A stretch of 64,000 bases of DNA from assembly GCF_018977255.1 (NCBI RefSeq), contig NW_024704743.1:113400001-113464000 (forward strand), written 5' to 3'. Of this stretch, positions 25,283-40,300 are shown in pieces. A model generated the notes under the pieces. The model was not told the origin of the DNA. It saw only the letters and a list, made by a program, of their open reading frames with translations, and searched no databases. Position 1 is the first letter of the stretch. Each line of letters begins with the position of its first letter. Both the position numbers and the translations under genes were made by a program. Origin of the DNA: Callorhinchus milii. Its lineage: Eukaryota.

Positions 25283-25378
25283 ATGTTGCAAATTTTGAAA
25301 ACGGGAACCATATGCAATAGTTATTCTTTCGTGGAAAAGAGTCAAGAATGTTCCCAGAACAGAAGTGACATATTTGAG
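25283..25378 (+). CDS. TRPA1: TRPA1 putative first coding exon (MLQILKTG...NRSDIFE); start codon uncertain
   Basis: ATG at 25283, 32 open codons, strong GAG|GTAAGT donor in phase 0 with exon 2; in-frame TAG upstream at 25244-25246. Confidence 0.65.
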
Positions 25379-28300
25379 GTAAGTGTGGTTAAGTGAAACT
25401 GTTCAAACAAAAAACAATGAAACATGAATCTACCCTTTTTGCACAAAAATATTAGAAATGTAACATTTGGGCATGAACTCTTGTGTATTCAAATTCAGAA
25501 TGTAATATTTCCAACACTTCTGATCAAACAGAGCTCTTAATCTACGCTCAATGACAGCATTGATTCTGAAATACTGTATCATTCTGTCTCTCAGGTGATT
25601 GCTGCTGGGGATGTGAAATCTGTTGAAAGGCTAATGGAGAAGGACCATGATTGCCTCAACAGATTGGATGAAGATAAATCGACCCCACTGCATCATGCCG
25701 CAGGAGGAGGTCACCTTGACATTCTCAAACTTATCATTGACGACGCTGACTTTGAAGGTAAGCTGTCACTGGTTGATAAAATACAAGAAAGTGGGGATTC
25801 TTGATTGGATTCCAACATAAAGTATAATGAGCTGTTTAGCCAAGTCACTCTTTAATAATGGGTCATCACATTTAATGTCTGTGTTATATCTTCAATAAAT
25901 GATAATTTTTGGATGTTCCTTCATAACAATATTGATTTGCACTGAATTCGGTTCAATGCATGTCTCCTGAGCACATTGTTCTTATAAACTAAATTGAAGG
26001 TACAGTCGAGATTCCAAAAGTCAATTTAGAGACAACTTTATAAATGACTCTAATTTTAAATCTGACATGAGTATCTCATAAAACACTGTTATTTTTTATT
26101 TGTTAAGACCAACTACCTCAATATCTCTTGTGAAATATTGGTTGAATATTAGATTTAAGGAATGATGCTAGTATAAGTGCTTCGGGGATATTTTATTGCT
26201 TGTTTTGAGTAGACTACCATTAGCTCAGCAAATACAGCATGAATCAATAAAAATAATCGTGGAGTTACTTATTACCATGCACACTTATATCTGTATTCAA
26301 TATTGATCTAATATTAACTTTCTCAGCTTCCTTCCTTAGTCTCGGTAGACTTCCTTACTTTTATCTTGGTAGAGCTCAAACGTAAACATTAATAACAGGC
26401 TTCCACCAAGTTATTAGATCTTTTAATTCCGTTTCATAGAAATATAGGAACAGGAGTAGCCATTCAGTTTTTATTAATTTTATTTAAAAAAATTAATTTC
26501 CCTGCTTTGTCTTGAAATTGTCCTCAAACACCTTACCCTTGCTTTTTAAGTTTCCACCTGGTTTCCTTTTAAACATCCCAATTGATTTTGTCTGTATTGT
26601 CATATTTTACAACCCAAATGTTGGGCAAGTTTCCTTACTCCACACACCTCTCTTTATCTATAAATAAGTAGGAATCCGGTTGTTAGTCGATTGGCAGACT
26701 GCTTTTCTGGGGATAATAATCCCTAAAAAAAAAGTTTGGTCACTCAATCCATGATGTTTGTGGGACACTGCTGTGCTCAATTGGCTCTTGCTTTTTACCC
26801 ACAAATATAGTCAATTCACTTTACAGTATATTCTGTGAGATGTCTAGAAGATGTGAAAAGTGCTATATCAAATGCAAGGATTATTATTATCATCTGTGGA
26901 GCAGATTAAGCTTGCGGTGTATTAGCCATGTGTCCAAACAATTCTCCTTTATGGTTTCAAAATCCTGGGCATGCAGCGGGGGGAGGGGCGGGAGGGAGAT
27001 TCCTTAAGCCCAGGACCAACAACAACTCGCATTTATATAGTGTCCTTCATGGAGGGAGTCTCAGGACATTTAAAGTGTCTGGGATTTGTGGTAAAACAGA
27101 GAAGTGGCTGTTGGAAAAGGGGGGTAGGAGGACTTCAGCCTACAATGGACCTGTTGCTGAGCACCTTGAAGACAGAGTTGGCTTCCAGATGGCACAACTA
27201 TTTGCTGAAGTCTCCCACATGTGGACCTCGATCAAACAGTTGGTGTTGAGTTAGCTTGGTATGTAGTGATGGACTTGGAACTCTAGAACATCAAGGTGAC
27301 TGGCACTTCACAACTGACCTGTATAGGTCCTCCCACCACACTGATGGTAGGGAGTTACTGTTACTGCTGTCTACCTATGAGGGCTCTAGCCTGGGCTTCA
27401 TGGATGTCAAATGAATGACTAGTGGTTGTCCTCTTTGAGGAGGACGTAAGCAGGGTCTCCCTCAGGCTGAGGTGGCTCCAAGATGACATACATCAGAAGC
27501 AATTGGAGGGGCAGACGAGTTACCTGGGCAACGATTTTTTCCCTTGGTTTGTGTTAACCTTATAAGCCAAATCCCTTTCAAGTAGGAAGGTTCCTAACCA
27601 CAGGCCTTAAATAAATATTGGAACATGTTTAAGAATCCCTAGTATGAAAATATATGATCAAAATGGATAACGCATTTAAAAAGGGTTTAAAAGAGCGATA
27701 GAATAAACCGGAAAATAAATCTTAAGGGAGAAAGGAATACAAATATAAAAAGTGAACAAGAATGAAGAAGAAAGGGTAATGCCAGCGGTCAACCTTTTGG
27801 AAGAAGATTCAGAAAGTGGAAAAAAATAAAACTAGGGAGGAACGAAAAGTTAACCAAAGAAGGAAAAGCAAACTGGAATATTTCCAAATATAAAAGAAAG
27901 TCTAAGTAAAAGAAGAAATTAATAGAGTACAAGAAATCAGATAACAAAAAAAATTTGCATTTATATAGCATTTCTCATGCAGATCAGCTTCCCAGAACGC
28001 TTGACAGTGGTGAAGCACGATATCGAGCCGGGTGGGTGGGGGGTGGTGGGGGAGGTGACTACGCACGGTTGAAGAGGAAAGTCTTCAGGCTTATTATTTA
28101 TTATTAGCATAACTAATCTGCTAGTGGTCAGGTTTCAGGCTTATTCCAACAAAGTTAATTAATACTGAAAATGCAGGCACCGTGCTTGAGTGAAGCCCCA
28201 TGTTACAGGTTAATGATCGTAAATTACTTTTATGCTGATGTAGGAGCCGCTGAGTCTCCTCAGTAAGGTCATACATCTGCCTGTCACTGCTTTGTGAGTC

Positions 28301-31300
28301 TGTGATTTCACGATTCTAATCTATGGATGTACCTCTCACATTCTGCACCGCACACTAAATTGCATTCTGATGCCAATGACTTGACCGTTGAATTTTTTTT
28401 ATTTATCGGGAAAGCTTGCAACGGCAACTACTGGGGCACCCTCTGGAGAGTTCTGTGGACGTGTGTCTTGTTTTGATACCAAAATTGACTGCAGCAAGCA
28501 GAAATGTGCCTATAAAATGTAATGAAATACAATGAAACCTCTAATTGTATGTGACACCAGATGAGTTTCCAATGCAGTGCATGTGAAAAAAAATGTAAGA
28601 ATCTGTTATGGTAACGAAATGTAGCTGCGTCACAGTATTCAGGCTGGTCAAGAGTTTGTAAGTGTCAATTGTTCTATGAGTTTATTCCCTTTCTGTGATG
28701 TTTTGAAGAACAAGTTGATTGAACAAGTTGAGAGTGCTGGGTCATTAGTGAACCTCCCTAGTGAAGTCGCACCTAGGGCTGTAAATATGCATTTGCAGCC
28801 TCTTCTGCACAATTTCCGTGGCAAACGTATTAGGCAAGATTCCTAAGCTCATTAGGTGGTGTCCCTTCTCCCTCATGGGAAAATCTACCTAATTGAGCAT
28901 TGCGAAGAGAGCGTGCGGGGCAGAATGCTAACACTCTCAAAGAGGGGAAACGTACCCACAAACCTTCACAAAACGACCACGGAAGTACGTTGCCTCAGAG
29001 GTTTCCAGCTTTTCAAGCTATCTAAAGTATACGATTTGCAAACTGATGAATGGAAGTGACATATGGGCAATTCCGAGTTTAGAAAAAAACACACAAAAAA
29101 TGCAGTAAATTCAGAATCTTTTCTGAAAAGGGTTATCATTATGACAATTGCACTTGGCTCACATCATCGAATTCACAGGAATGAGCGCACAATGCAGAAC
29201 CACCCCCTATATAGTGCTTTGTTCTCCTTTTCAGTTTTGAATGTGATTGATTCCAATGGAAACACCGCATTGCATTGGGCGACAGAGAAAAATCAAGTGA
29301 AATGTGTTCAAGGTCTACTTGACAGAGGTGCCAATCCAAATATTTTGAATAATGCCCTCTTGTCGCCCCTTCATGTGGCAGTAAATTTACATCATTCTGC
29401 AGTGTTGGAGGTAAGAGCAATAATGTATTTTTGAATGTATGTCCTTACGTTTCTAATTAGACTTCTCATATTTTTTGGTGCGAACAATATTCTGCACATC
29501 ACCTGGGTCTCCGAGTCTAATATACAATTATTCAGGTGAAAAACCTGATAGGAAGTATGCTCTTAGTTATCTGCCTGTGCCTCTGTGTAATTTCAACTTG
29601 GACATTAACATAGAGAGGCTTGAGAAAACTTATGTACTGATTATTCATTAATGTCTCTGTTTCTCTGCATTGCCAACTGGGAGAACGATGGGGCTAACAT
29701 ATGGCACTGCTGTGAGGTAGCCCTATCAAACACCTTTGCCAAAAACACAGTAACATTCCCATAGAAATTCTATTTTATTTGCTATCAACTCAAACACAGC
29801 TACTCACAATTTCAAATAGCTTGTACAGGTAGATAAATGGGCTGGCATCCACACTGAAGAGTTTCCTTCTGGAAAAAGAAAAATGCAGCAGACTTTGAAG
29901 ATGTAATAGACAAAGAGGAGTGGGAATCTTGACTTATTACAATTTAAAACAAAAAGACAACAGCTGAATATTTTAGGGAGGATGTACTGGACTTCTGAGC
30001 ATTTGCAAATATTCTGCTCCAATACAAAATTACATTTGTAAAGCGCCTTTCATGTCAGGAGGACGTCCTAATGCGCTGTACAGTCAGGGATTTGGTCCTG
30101 AGCCGGGGGGGTGGTGGGGGTGTAGGTTGGCATAGTTCAATGGATGCCAACCTGGCCGAACAGATGAAGGTCGCAGTACCTGTTCAGTAATTAGTGGGAG
30201 CTGTTATTTGATACAACATCTCTAAATCTAAATGATTCACACCTGCAGGAAATGTGCTAAAGACTGGAAAATGACACTTTTTGTCTCGCATCTATGAACA
30301 ATATGCAATATCAGTAACTTTCTTTTGTGACATTATCCACTCTCCAGGTTCTAGCTTCAAACAAAACTTCAGATCTGAACCTGGCAGGTGAACTCGAGAA
30401 TACTCCAGTTATGCTAGCATGTTCCATAGATAATCACGAAGGCATATCCATATTGGTGTGTATCTTTTGTCTTATTAATGCTAGATCTACTGTGCTCTTT
30501 GTGAATTTAAACTGACGCATATAACAAAAGAGAAGAGGACTTCTTGACTTGAAGTTCTGTAAATATTCAATTTAATTATCCTTCTTTTAAATCAAAATTG
30601 AAGTTGAGCAGACTAGCGGTGTAACTGGTTGATGTCGGAACTTGAAATGCCACCGAATGATCAAGCATAACTTTCTAATTTTGCCATGGTTGTTGGGAAA
30701 ACATTTAAGCAGAGATGAGGAGAGCCAAGAGAGAACTGTGAAGTGACATAGCAGTATTTGTAAACTGCAGGCAACCCTGTTTTCTGAATAAGGGTTTGTT
30801 CATGTGTGTAGAATTTCCAAGTGTATAGAAAAATATAGTGCAGTTTTATAAAGTCGTAAAACAGTTAGAAAATAGAAATTGTTACTGTTTCCGTGGGCCA
30901 CAAATTTTCACAGACCCATGTTTAGACACCCGCTAGACTCCGAGCTCACTGAGCAATGGATCTGGTTGCTGAAAAGGATGTCAGTACAAGTTTGGGGGGC
31001 TTTTCTCATAATCTAGGTAGGCTATCACTCTAATACACCGCTGGGAGAGTATGTTACATTGAAATCCCGTCTGCTTGTTCAGGTGTACGTTAAAGATCCC
31101 ATGCCACGATTCAAAAAGAGAAGGGAGTTCTCTTGGTATCCTGGCCATCAATCCCCCAGGTTAAAACAAATAGTCATTTACTTCACAGCTGTTTGTGGGA
31201 CACTGGTGTGCGCAAATTGGCTGCTGCATTTGCCTGCAAATATCAGTCACTAAACTTGAAAGAAAATTCTGTGACACATTCTTGACATGATAAGGTTCCA

Positions 31301-34300
31301 TTGTATATCAAATGCAGAATTATTATTGTTCTATAAGATGCTCAAAAGTAGGAAATCAGATTCAGCTCAAATGAACTGTTTTCTTAAAAAGAGTTAGATA
31401 GGATTTGTAAAGGAGGAGAGCAGATATCTTTAAAGGTGGCTGTAAAATAAGTCCTTGGACTGTGCCACATGGCAGTGCATGCCATGCAGGTAGTTATTTT
31501 ATCAGAGCATGCTAACCATCTGCTCGAGGCAATTGGTTCCAGTTGGTTTTTATTGTGTTTATTTATACTATAAATATGGCAACATAATATTTGTTACTCA
31601 ACTTATCCAACGCCCTATTTGCCGGTCTCCTCAGCTCCAGCGTTCACAACCTTCATATCAAAAATAATAATAATCCATGTATTTGACGTAGCGCCTTATT
31701 ATGTTGCTGAGACGTCTCAAAGAGCTTCACAAAATATCCTGTGAATTGGATTGATTGTGTATATTGTGGGTGAAACCCGGCAGCCAATTGCATGCAGCAG
31801 TTTATTATATTATTAAATCATCCAAAAATCTAAGGCGTGTATCCACTCCTACATTGGGCTCCATGACCCCATCATCTCCATCCTCACCCAGCTCCACTGG
31901 CTCCCTATCCACTAGTCACTAGTGGATAGGATAACTTTAATATCCTTGCTCTTCGCTTCAAATCCATCCATGGCATTGACCCACCCTATTTCTGTCATCC
32001 TCTGTGATCCTACTCTTCCTGCAACTTTGTCTGCTGCGCTAACTCTGATCTTCTTAATTTCCTCCCCTTTCCTGCCTGCTCTGTTGCCCATCAGTGGGTG
32101 GGCTTTCAGAAATTTTAACCTTGCTCTCTGGAATTCTCTTCCTACATCCCTGTGCCTAACTTCATCTTTCTCTTTGATTTCGAAACCTGGAAAGACCTAA
32201 CTCTTTGACTGCACCTTCCCCCCTACTCTTTCACCCCTACTAACAGCTCAGGCTCTCACTCGTAGGGGACTGTTGATTTGTGCTAGAGGAAGCTCAGCCC
32301 ACACCACCCCCCAATGTATCTCGCAGCTCACCAACTTTTCTCCAGTTTCGGCTAATGGGATATGGCAGGCACAGAGGGCTGTTGCTGACCTATGAGTGGG
32401 AGCCTTATGCTAGTAGTGGAGGTGAAAGAATAATGGCCCGTGAAGTAAAGGAAGTGTAGCAGTAAATGAGTTGAGTGAGTGGCATTTGGATCCAGTAGCG
32501 ACACACAACAACAACAATAAATTACACTTGTACAGCGCCCTTCACTTCGGAAAGACATCCCAGACACACACACGCACTCACTCACAGACACTCCTTCAGC
32601 ATGTTCATGGAGAAACTGGGCTCAGCTCAGCCACACCCCAAAGAATATCTTCACCTGCTACCTATGCTCCCACTCCACCTTTGTAGAGTGAATTGAGACG
32701 TTCTCCCTTTGTGCAAGACGCTCTATAATTACAATTTTTTTNAATGTTTAAAACAATGTGGCTGATTTTATTCTTCTTTCCATGTATTAATATTTAGTTG
32801 AGTCATGGAGCATCCCTTTGTAAACAGAACAAGCTGGGGCATAGTGCTTTGCACCAAGCTGCTTTTTCAGGTGCTAAAAAGTCACTGGAATTGATACTTC
32901 GGAAAGGTCAGTGTGAATTGAAGTGTTACTGATTGAAGGGTCCATTTTTGTTTATGATTTTAACCACTATGTATTGCCCAAGCAGTATAATCACATAGCA
33001 TTTGTCTTCCAAGGTATGGACATGGGTTACACTTCTGAATATCTTTTAAACATCCCCGACAAAACCCACTGCAGTCCCCTTCACTTGGCTTTGCATGGTG
33101 GAAATATGGAGACGATCAAAATCTGTATTGAGAATGGGGCAAAGCTTGATTTTCAGCAGGTATGTGCTTATCAAACAGTAGAGTTAGTCTGTTCCATCAG
33201 CTCATGCAGAGAAGTTACTGTCAGTCGCTGTCAGAAAATCGTTGTTTGCTCTATTTTCTGCTAAAATTTAGTGGCAGAGCAGTTCAAAACTTCAGTGTTC
33301 CTCACAGGCAATGTTCTTTTATCTTGACAATGTCCATTGTTTACCTATTGTAACAATACTGAATTCTTTCCCATGTCCCATTTGTATGCAAAATCAACTT
33401 ATATTCAATACAGACATATAAAAGGTCTTCTATTCAAGATGAATAGATACCCAGGAGTGGGCAGCAATCACACTGAGGTTTTGAGAGGCCACTGTTACAG
33501 AAGCCAAAGAAACTTTAACCACCTTCTGAACGTTGAGACATTAATTCCCGATAGTTACTCCCATACATCCAGTATACTTTATAGTTTGGTTGTAGAATTT
33601 GGGTTTTGGTTGCTTTTCTTTGCTTTCTTTGCTGGTACCAACAGAGTTCGGTGGACAGGATGCTTCAAGCACATCCCTACCTGCGTGTTCCATCAACAGT
33701 CACTGAATAACAATTACAACAGGGAATCCTAATAGATTTTTTTTTCTCTTCCTAGCCTGGAGCGTTGAATCAATTCTGGTGTCTCCGCTCTCTCAGCTGG
33801 GATCAGACAATTCGTCACTGACCATTTATTGAACTTTCCTGGTCTGCGTGACTCAATATGCATTTATCCCTTGATCCATCAGTCAGCCAAGAAAAGCCTT
33901 TGAGGAAGGTTTTATATGAACCAGCTGTACCAATTGGCCCAAAATGAATTAAATAATAAATGACCACAGTGAGATGATTTTTTAATACAGTAGTTGCAAG
34001 AGGTTAGAGGTATCATGTAGATTCTATAATCTACATTGAGGCTGTTAGAATGGGCAGGTATTGTGAATAACTATGTTTCCTTTGTGTTTTTAATTCACAG
34101 GATGATATACCTGCTCCTCTTCACTTTGCCTGTATGCAGGGGCAAATTAAGGTGGTTAAACTCATCCTGTCCAAGTTCACCGCAGCAAACAGTATACTCA
34201 ATGTCCTGGATGACGTGAAACAAACACCATTACACAAGTAAGACATTAATGACTGAAAGTTTAGTTTATTGATTACAAGTGATTTCTGCAAAATGCAATT

Positions 34301-37300
34301 CTTTGCAAAGGCAGGTTTGTTATGTGTTCTGTCATTCTCACACACAGGGCTGCAATGTACGACCACTCGCATTTGGTGGAATACTTGATTGAACAGGTAA
34401 TGCAACTCAGGTCCGATAAGCAGTTACAAATACTAACTTGTTCGTTCATTGCTTTACGTTGCGAAAATGGTCCAGATTTAAACTGGAAATGAACAGATGA
34501 CAAAATCTATTCCCTTTGCATAATCTTCCTCCACCATCGCTAGTCTCTTTCTAAATACTTCTCTGTATTTTCTTGCTCCCTCTCTTTCTCCACATTGTCG
34601 CTCAGCTGATTTCCATTTTCTTTCACACTCTGGGATGCAAATTGTGTGGTGTGTTCATTGACACTGGTGTGAAATAACACATTGTTGAAAAATGCGCTCA
34701 GTCAATGTTTCAGTTACTAAATCGTCTACGGATGTGACCACACCCTTCTCCCCCCACCCCCCCCTCTCCACTCCAATTCTGTCACAATCATTGGGCTTGA
34801 AGTTGTCCTTGCCACAAATTAGATTGCCAATTCAGACCATGGACTTCCATCTTTCTCCCTGGCTTTTTTTTTTGCAGACCTCAATAAAAATAATCATCCC
34901 TATCAAAATTCCATTGACATCTCCGCACACATTCACCTGAAATTCAAGATTTTTTTTCTCTAGTATTTTGTCACACCATTTCTCAAAGTCTAACCGAATT
35001 TATGCCCTGTCGATGTTCAAGCAGCACATGTCATGAATCATTGTTAGTGTGGAGGCTTGCTCCTCACAAAATCTTACAAGTGACTCGTCCATTAACTAGT
35101 CTGGACAAAGAGAAAACTTGTGTGTATTTCATTGGCAATAAAGGGCTGTGCTTCTTTTATAAAGACAACGGCAAAGAAAACTCATGTAATAACATGGATA
35201 AAGTAAACATTGCTTATTTTTAGTTATGCAGAATTGTACATATTACATTTGATCAAGCTGATCATAGGTGCAATAGACATGAAATGATTCCCAGTTTTTC
35301 AGTGGCATGAATGAGAATTTACCATTACTGTTCCACTGAGATAATTCCTTTGAAAACAGATGCCAAATGAATGCATTGTTAGAATTGACTCTTCCTATGT
35401 TCACGCCTTCTGGATTATTCCAACACCCTGACTCCTCTCTACTCAAACTCCAGATGATCCAGAACTCCTCAGTCTGTGTCCTCTTCCACACCAGGCTCAT
35501 CAAATCGATCCTTGCTCAGTTCCACAGACTCCTCAACCTGCAGCAGGTTGAATTCAAGATCCTTGTCCTCATATTCAAACCCACCCATGACCTCACCCCA
35601 CCCTACCTCTGCAATCTTTTGCAACCCTACTGACCCATCCACTCCGTCCTCTCAGGAAAAAACACAGGCCTGATTTATGTCCCTGCTTGATCTGCTCGAC
35701 CATCAGCCCACTTTAAGACTTACCACTTTAAAGCTCTTTTACACAACAGGCTGGGCAGAACTTTTAGTGTGGTCAAAGTGGTAAGTTTATGTGGCCAAAG
35801 GGGTTTAGCTTAGTGTGGCCCCTATGATCCCCCCCACCCCCCGTCTGTGTGCCCGGCCTGTTGAGTAAAAAGCTTTGAGATGTCCTCCTGACATGAAAGG
35901 CGCAATATAAATGTAAATTGTATTGTACATTGCATGTGCCAGAGCAATATAAATATTAAGTCTGGATTTGGTTGCTTTGCTATTGGTTTAGTTATACTGA
36001 ACATTTAAACTGTTGCATTAACTTTGATTAAAGAGCTCGTCTTTTTAAAATAATAGTAATATATGAAGCTGGCAGTTAAAAAATATTACAAAACTACCAA
36101 AGAAAAAAGTCACTGTGGTGAAAGATATGGTACATGATGTGATAGTGTGATCAGGGTGTTGGAATAATTCACCTTGCCTCCTCCTTCCCTATCTTCAGAT
36201 CACACCTGAAGACCTTCCTCTTCAACCGTGCTTGCGGTTACCTTTCCCTGGTTCGTCGTCAGGCTCTGCCACTGTTCAGGGTTCTGAGACTCTACCCTGC
36301 CTGAAATGTGCTGTATTAATGCAAGTCATTGTTTTTGATAATTATCACTGGTGATGACTGGCTTGGGAAGCACTCTCCCAACTTTGTTCAAATAGTTTTG
36401 CTCAAAAGCCACTTGCTGCAGCTATTGAGCCAGCCAGTCTGGAAACTAAAAAGATTAAAGGTTATTCGATTTTAGACACAGATGCATGAAAAAAAACCTT
36501 GTGGGAAATTAGATGAGAAGATTAGATTGACCGACATCCTATTTCTAACTGAAATTGTTATTGCGTTACTGAAAGGAAAATAAATATTTGACTATACAAA
36601 GATATAATGATAGTAAATATGAACACAAGAAAATGTGCAGGAAGCTGGAGCTTAAATGTTCAATGATTACTTCATTTGTGCCTGAGTAAATGAGCCTTCT
36701 GTTTCCTCTAACAGGGAGCAGAGATGAATATCGTTGACTGTGAAACTCGCACCCCTCTTTTATGGGCTGCAAGCCGTGGATCCTGGAAAAGTGTGAAAGT
36801 TCTGCTGGCAAGAGGTCAAGCCTTAATAATAATAACGCTAATATTCCTTGCATTTGATATCGCGCCTTTTCATGTCGCTAGCACGTCTCAAAGCGCTTCA
36901 CAGAATATACTGAAAAGTGAAACAAAAACAGAAGTTGCTGGGAACACTCAGCAGGTCAGGCAGCATCTATGGAGAAAGGAAAGTGAGTCAACATTTTGGG
37001 TCTGCGACCTTTTGTTGCGTTTTGTTTATACTGTAAAGTGAATTGACTGTATATTTTGTGGGGAAACACGGCAGCCAATTGTCTGTTTATATGTCACTGG
37101 AAGAAAAATAAATATTTGACTGCGCAAAGATATAATGATAGTAAAGATGAACACAAGAACATGTGGAGGAAGCTGCAGCTTGTGTGTCCACGTGTGGCTA
37201 TGTGAGGAGGAAGCCCATTTATGGTTGTTTACTGCTTGCACAAGGCTCTGTCTGAATGCCATGATTGAACAGAAAGTAGCTATAATCTTAAGATGACCTA

Positions 37301-40300
37301 CCTTGCTCACATAAGATATAAGTAAAATAAGGGATGGATAGTTTAGATTTTATCGCAGCTGTTTAAAAACAGCCATGGTACAATATAGCCCCAAAATCTT
37401 TGATTTTTTTCCATGAGGTTTGTGGAGACCCATTATGTTTGTCAATCTGTGGAGAAATCTTTTCTTCCTCTCTCCGCTGTGAGATGTCACTGCCATTGAC
37501 TCTGCAGTAAAACAATACTAAATTACTCTGGAAATGCAATTGATTTGTGAGATCTCAACAGAAACCAGATGAACAAAGAAAAAAATCCCAACTTCTCGTT
37601 AGAGCTCAATATTTAACAAGAGTTTAACATGCAGGAGTTTCTATGACCACAGGGATGCAGTGTGGCCCACAAAACTGAGCACCCACAACCTTACCTATAT
37701 TTGACAACTGTGGCTGAATTCTTCTGGTCCTTAAGATAAAGCAAAGACTCTAACCTCAGCAAAGCCGGGTAGAGACTTCCTTTAAATCCAATTGAGGTGG
37801 AAATTGTGGGTATTCCTAATCACATTCCATTCCTTCATTAATGGTGTTTCTTAATTAATTCAGGAATGCTCAGCTAAAATTCTGCCTGGATCTAGATTGA
37901 TTCTACTGATATAGCATTTCGGAGCATCCAGAATTTCGCACATTGTTGAATTGAGTCTTAAATTTTGAAGCCAATGTTCCTTTAGTTCTTAAAAGAACTG
38001 AGGTTTGGGCGTGACAACTGCCCCCATCCCCCACATGCCTCCCAGCTCCCCGCCCCCTAACTTCTGGAGAATGTTTTTGCTCATGAGTTCTGCCCATTCA
38101 AAGCCCAGATGCCTTCACTGCAAGTTGTGGTAATGAAGTTTCAACCCTGCCCCACCAGATGCTAGCCTGTGCAGGTGCAGTGTGTGTTGTTTTCTGGTTC
38201 CCCCATGTCAAGTTCCCAACCGCAGGTTTTATCATTCGGAGAGGTACAAGCTCGGTAAAGAAACCTTTGAAAATACAAGAAATAATTGTACAATGGTTAT
38301 TTACAATTTAATTAAATGGCAGATGTTATAAGTAGAAGCAAGGCATGTTTGCAACATATTACCTTTCATGAATCAGTCATCAAAGAGATTTATCATGGCA
38401 AGCAGCCGTATGTGCAAATACTGGAATTATTTTTATCCTTGTGGTAAAATTTGAAGACCAAGGGCTATTCTATCCTTTTGACATAGAATGGGAGAAAAAT
38501 CCAACCAAGAGTATTTCGCCCACAGAATATTCAGTCAATTCACTTTACAGTATATTCTGTGAAGTGCTTTGTGACGTCTCAACAACATGATATCAAATAC
38601 GAGGATTATTATTATTATTTAGTGATTCTAAGAGGCTTTGCTAGCTTCAGTAGTGAAAGTATTCTGTTTAAATATGTTTTAAAACTCAATAGCAATACCT
38701 ACGTCTACCTAATTTATAAAGAGACATTTTTGATATTGTGATTTCTGTAGGAGCGAATGTGAAAATAAAGAATGATGCTGGCTGCAACTTCTTTCATCTA
38801 ACTCTGCTGCAACCCGGAGGTCTGAAAAATCTCGGTCAGGAAATTCTATCGGTAAGACACTTTTGCTTCATTCAATGTGGTGTCCATCCCACAGTACCAC
38901 AGTCTCACTCCCTCCCTTGCCTCCTTTAAAGCCTGTCTCAAGACCCGCCTTTTCGACTATGCCTTCGGTCATTCTCCTACCCTCCCTGCCCTCCCAAGCA
39001 CTTGTCCAAATTCCTGACTGTCCAGTGCCTTGGGACATCCGACATGAAAAGCGCTACATAAGAACATAAGAATTTCCTGGTGAAACAAAACCAAGGTCCA
39101 TCTAGTTTGTCTTTCACAACCCTGGCAGTCGCTTGACACGTTGTGTCCCAAACTATACATTGTATACCGAGATATTATTTTCTAGCAGAAACCTATCTAA
39201 TTTGTTCTTGAAACAAATGACATCTTCTGCTTCCACCGTCTCCCTCGGGAGCCTGTTCCTTAAGTTTACTACTCACTCATTGAAGCAGTGTTTCTGCAGA
39301 TTTGTTCTTAATTTACCCCCCTTCAATCACAGGTTTTACTGTTCAGTACAAGATAAAACAGCTTATCATGGTCTACATTATCTATTCCTTTCAGATTCTT
39401 AAAGACTAGAATCATATCGCCCCTCAAACTTCTCTTCTCCAGCGTGATCATGCCCAGCAATTTATCTAATCGTTCCCTGTAGTCCAGTCCCTCCATCATT
39501 TTGGTTGCTCTCCTCTGTCTCCTCTCAATGGCTGCAATATTGTTTTTATATTGCAGTGCCCAGAACTGCACACAGAATTCCAAATGCGGTCGTACCAGTG
39601 ATGTATAAAGTGGCAGGATTACCCCACTATTTTGGCTCAATATTGCTCTTTTAATATAGCCTAGCATGTTGTTTGCTTTACATCGAGCACTTTTGGGATA
39701 CCTTCAATTTATTATCAATCAGGATCCCCAGGTCCTTTTCTTTTTCCATGCTGATTATTTTCTTACCGTTTAAATAATAGTCCATTCCTGGATTTTTTGT
39801 CCTCACGTGAATCACTTTGCATTTCTCTACATCAAATTGCACTTCTCTACATCAAATTGCATCTGCCCTCAATCTGCCCAATTCCCGAGAATGGCTACAC
39901 AAATATAACTGAATAATATTAATAATAATCCTTGCATTTGATATCATGCTTTATCACATCTTCGAGACATCTCAAAGCATTTCACAGAATACACTGTAAA
40001 GTGGATTGACTGTGCATTTTGTGGATGAAATGCAGCATCCAATTGTACACAGCAGTGTCCCACAACCAGTCATGAATTGAGTGACCACTTTCGTATTATT
40101 TTTATTCATTTATTTTTTGGAGGGATCACCCCCAGAAAAGCAATCCGCCAATAGACTAACAACCGGGTTCCTACTTACTGCAAGATAAACTGAGGCGTGT
40201 GGAGTAAAGAAACTTTCCCAACGTTTTGCCCAAAGTTGCTGTGTCCTTTTCTACTAATTAAAATTAATCTCTTCACACCATAGCACATCGCTATCTCTCT

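Noticed and set aside
32742..32742. Single N after a T-run (also 44218)
   Set aside because: Assembly ambiguity in intronic homopolymers; a caution about base accuracy only.
35718..35786. 12-bp inverted repeat acttaccacttt/aaagtggtaagt inside an L2 fragment
   Set aside because: Too short, single copy and no TSD seen.
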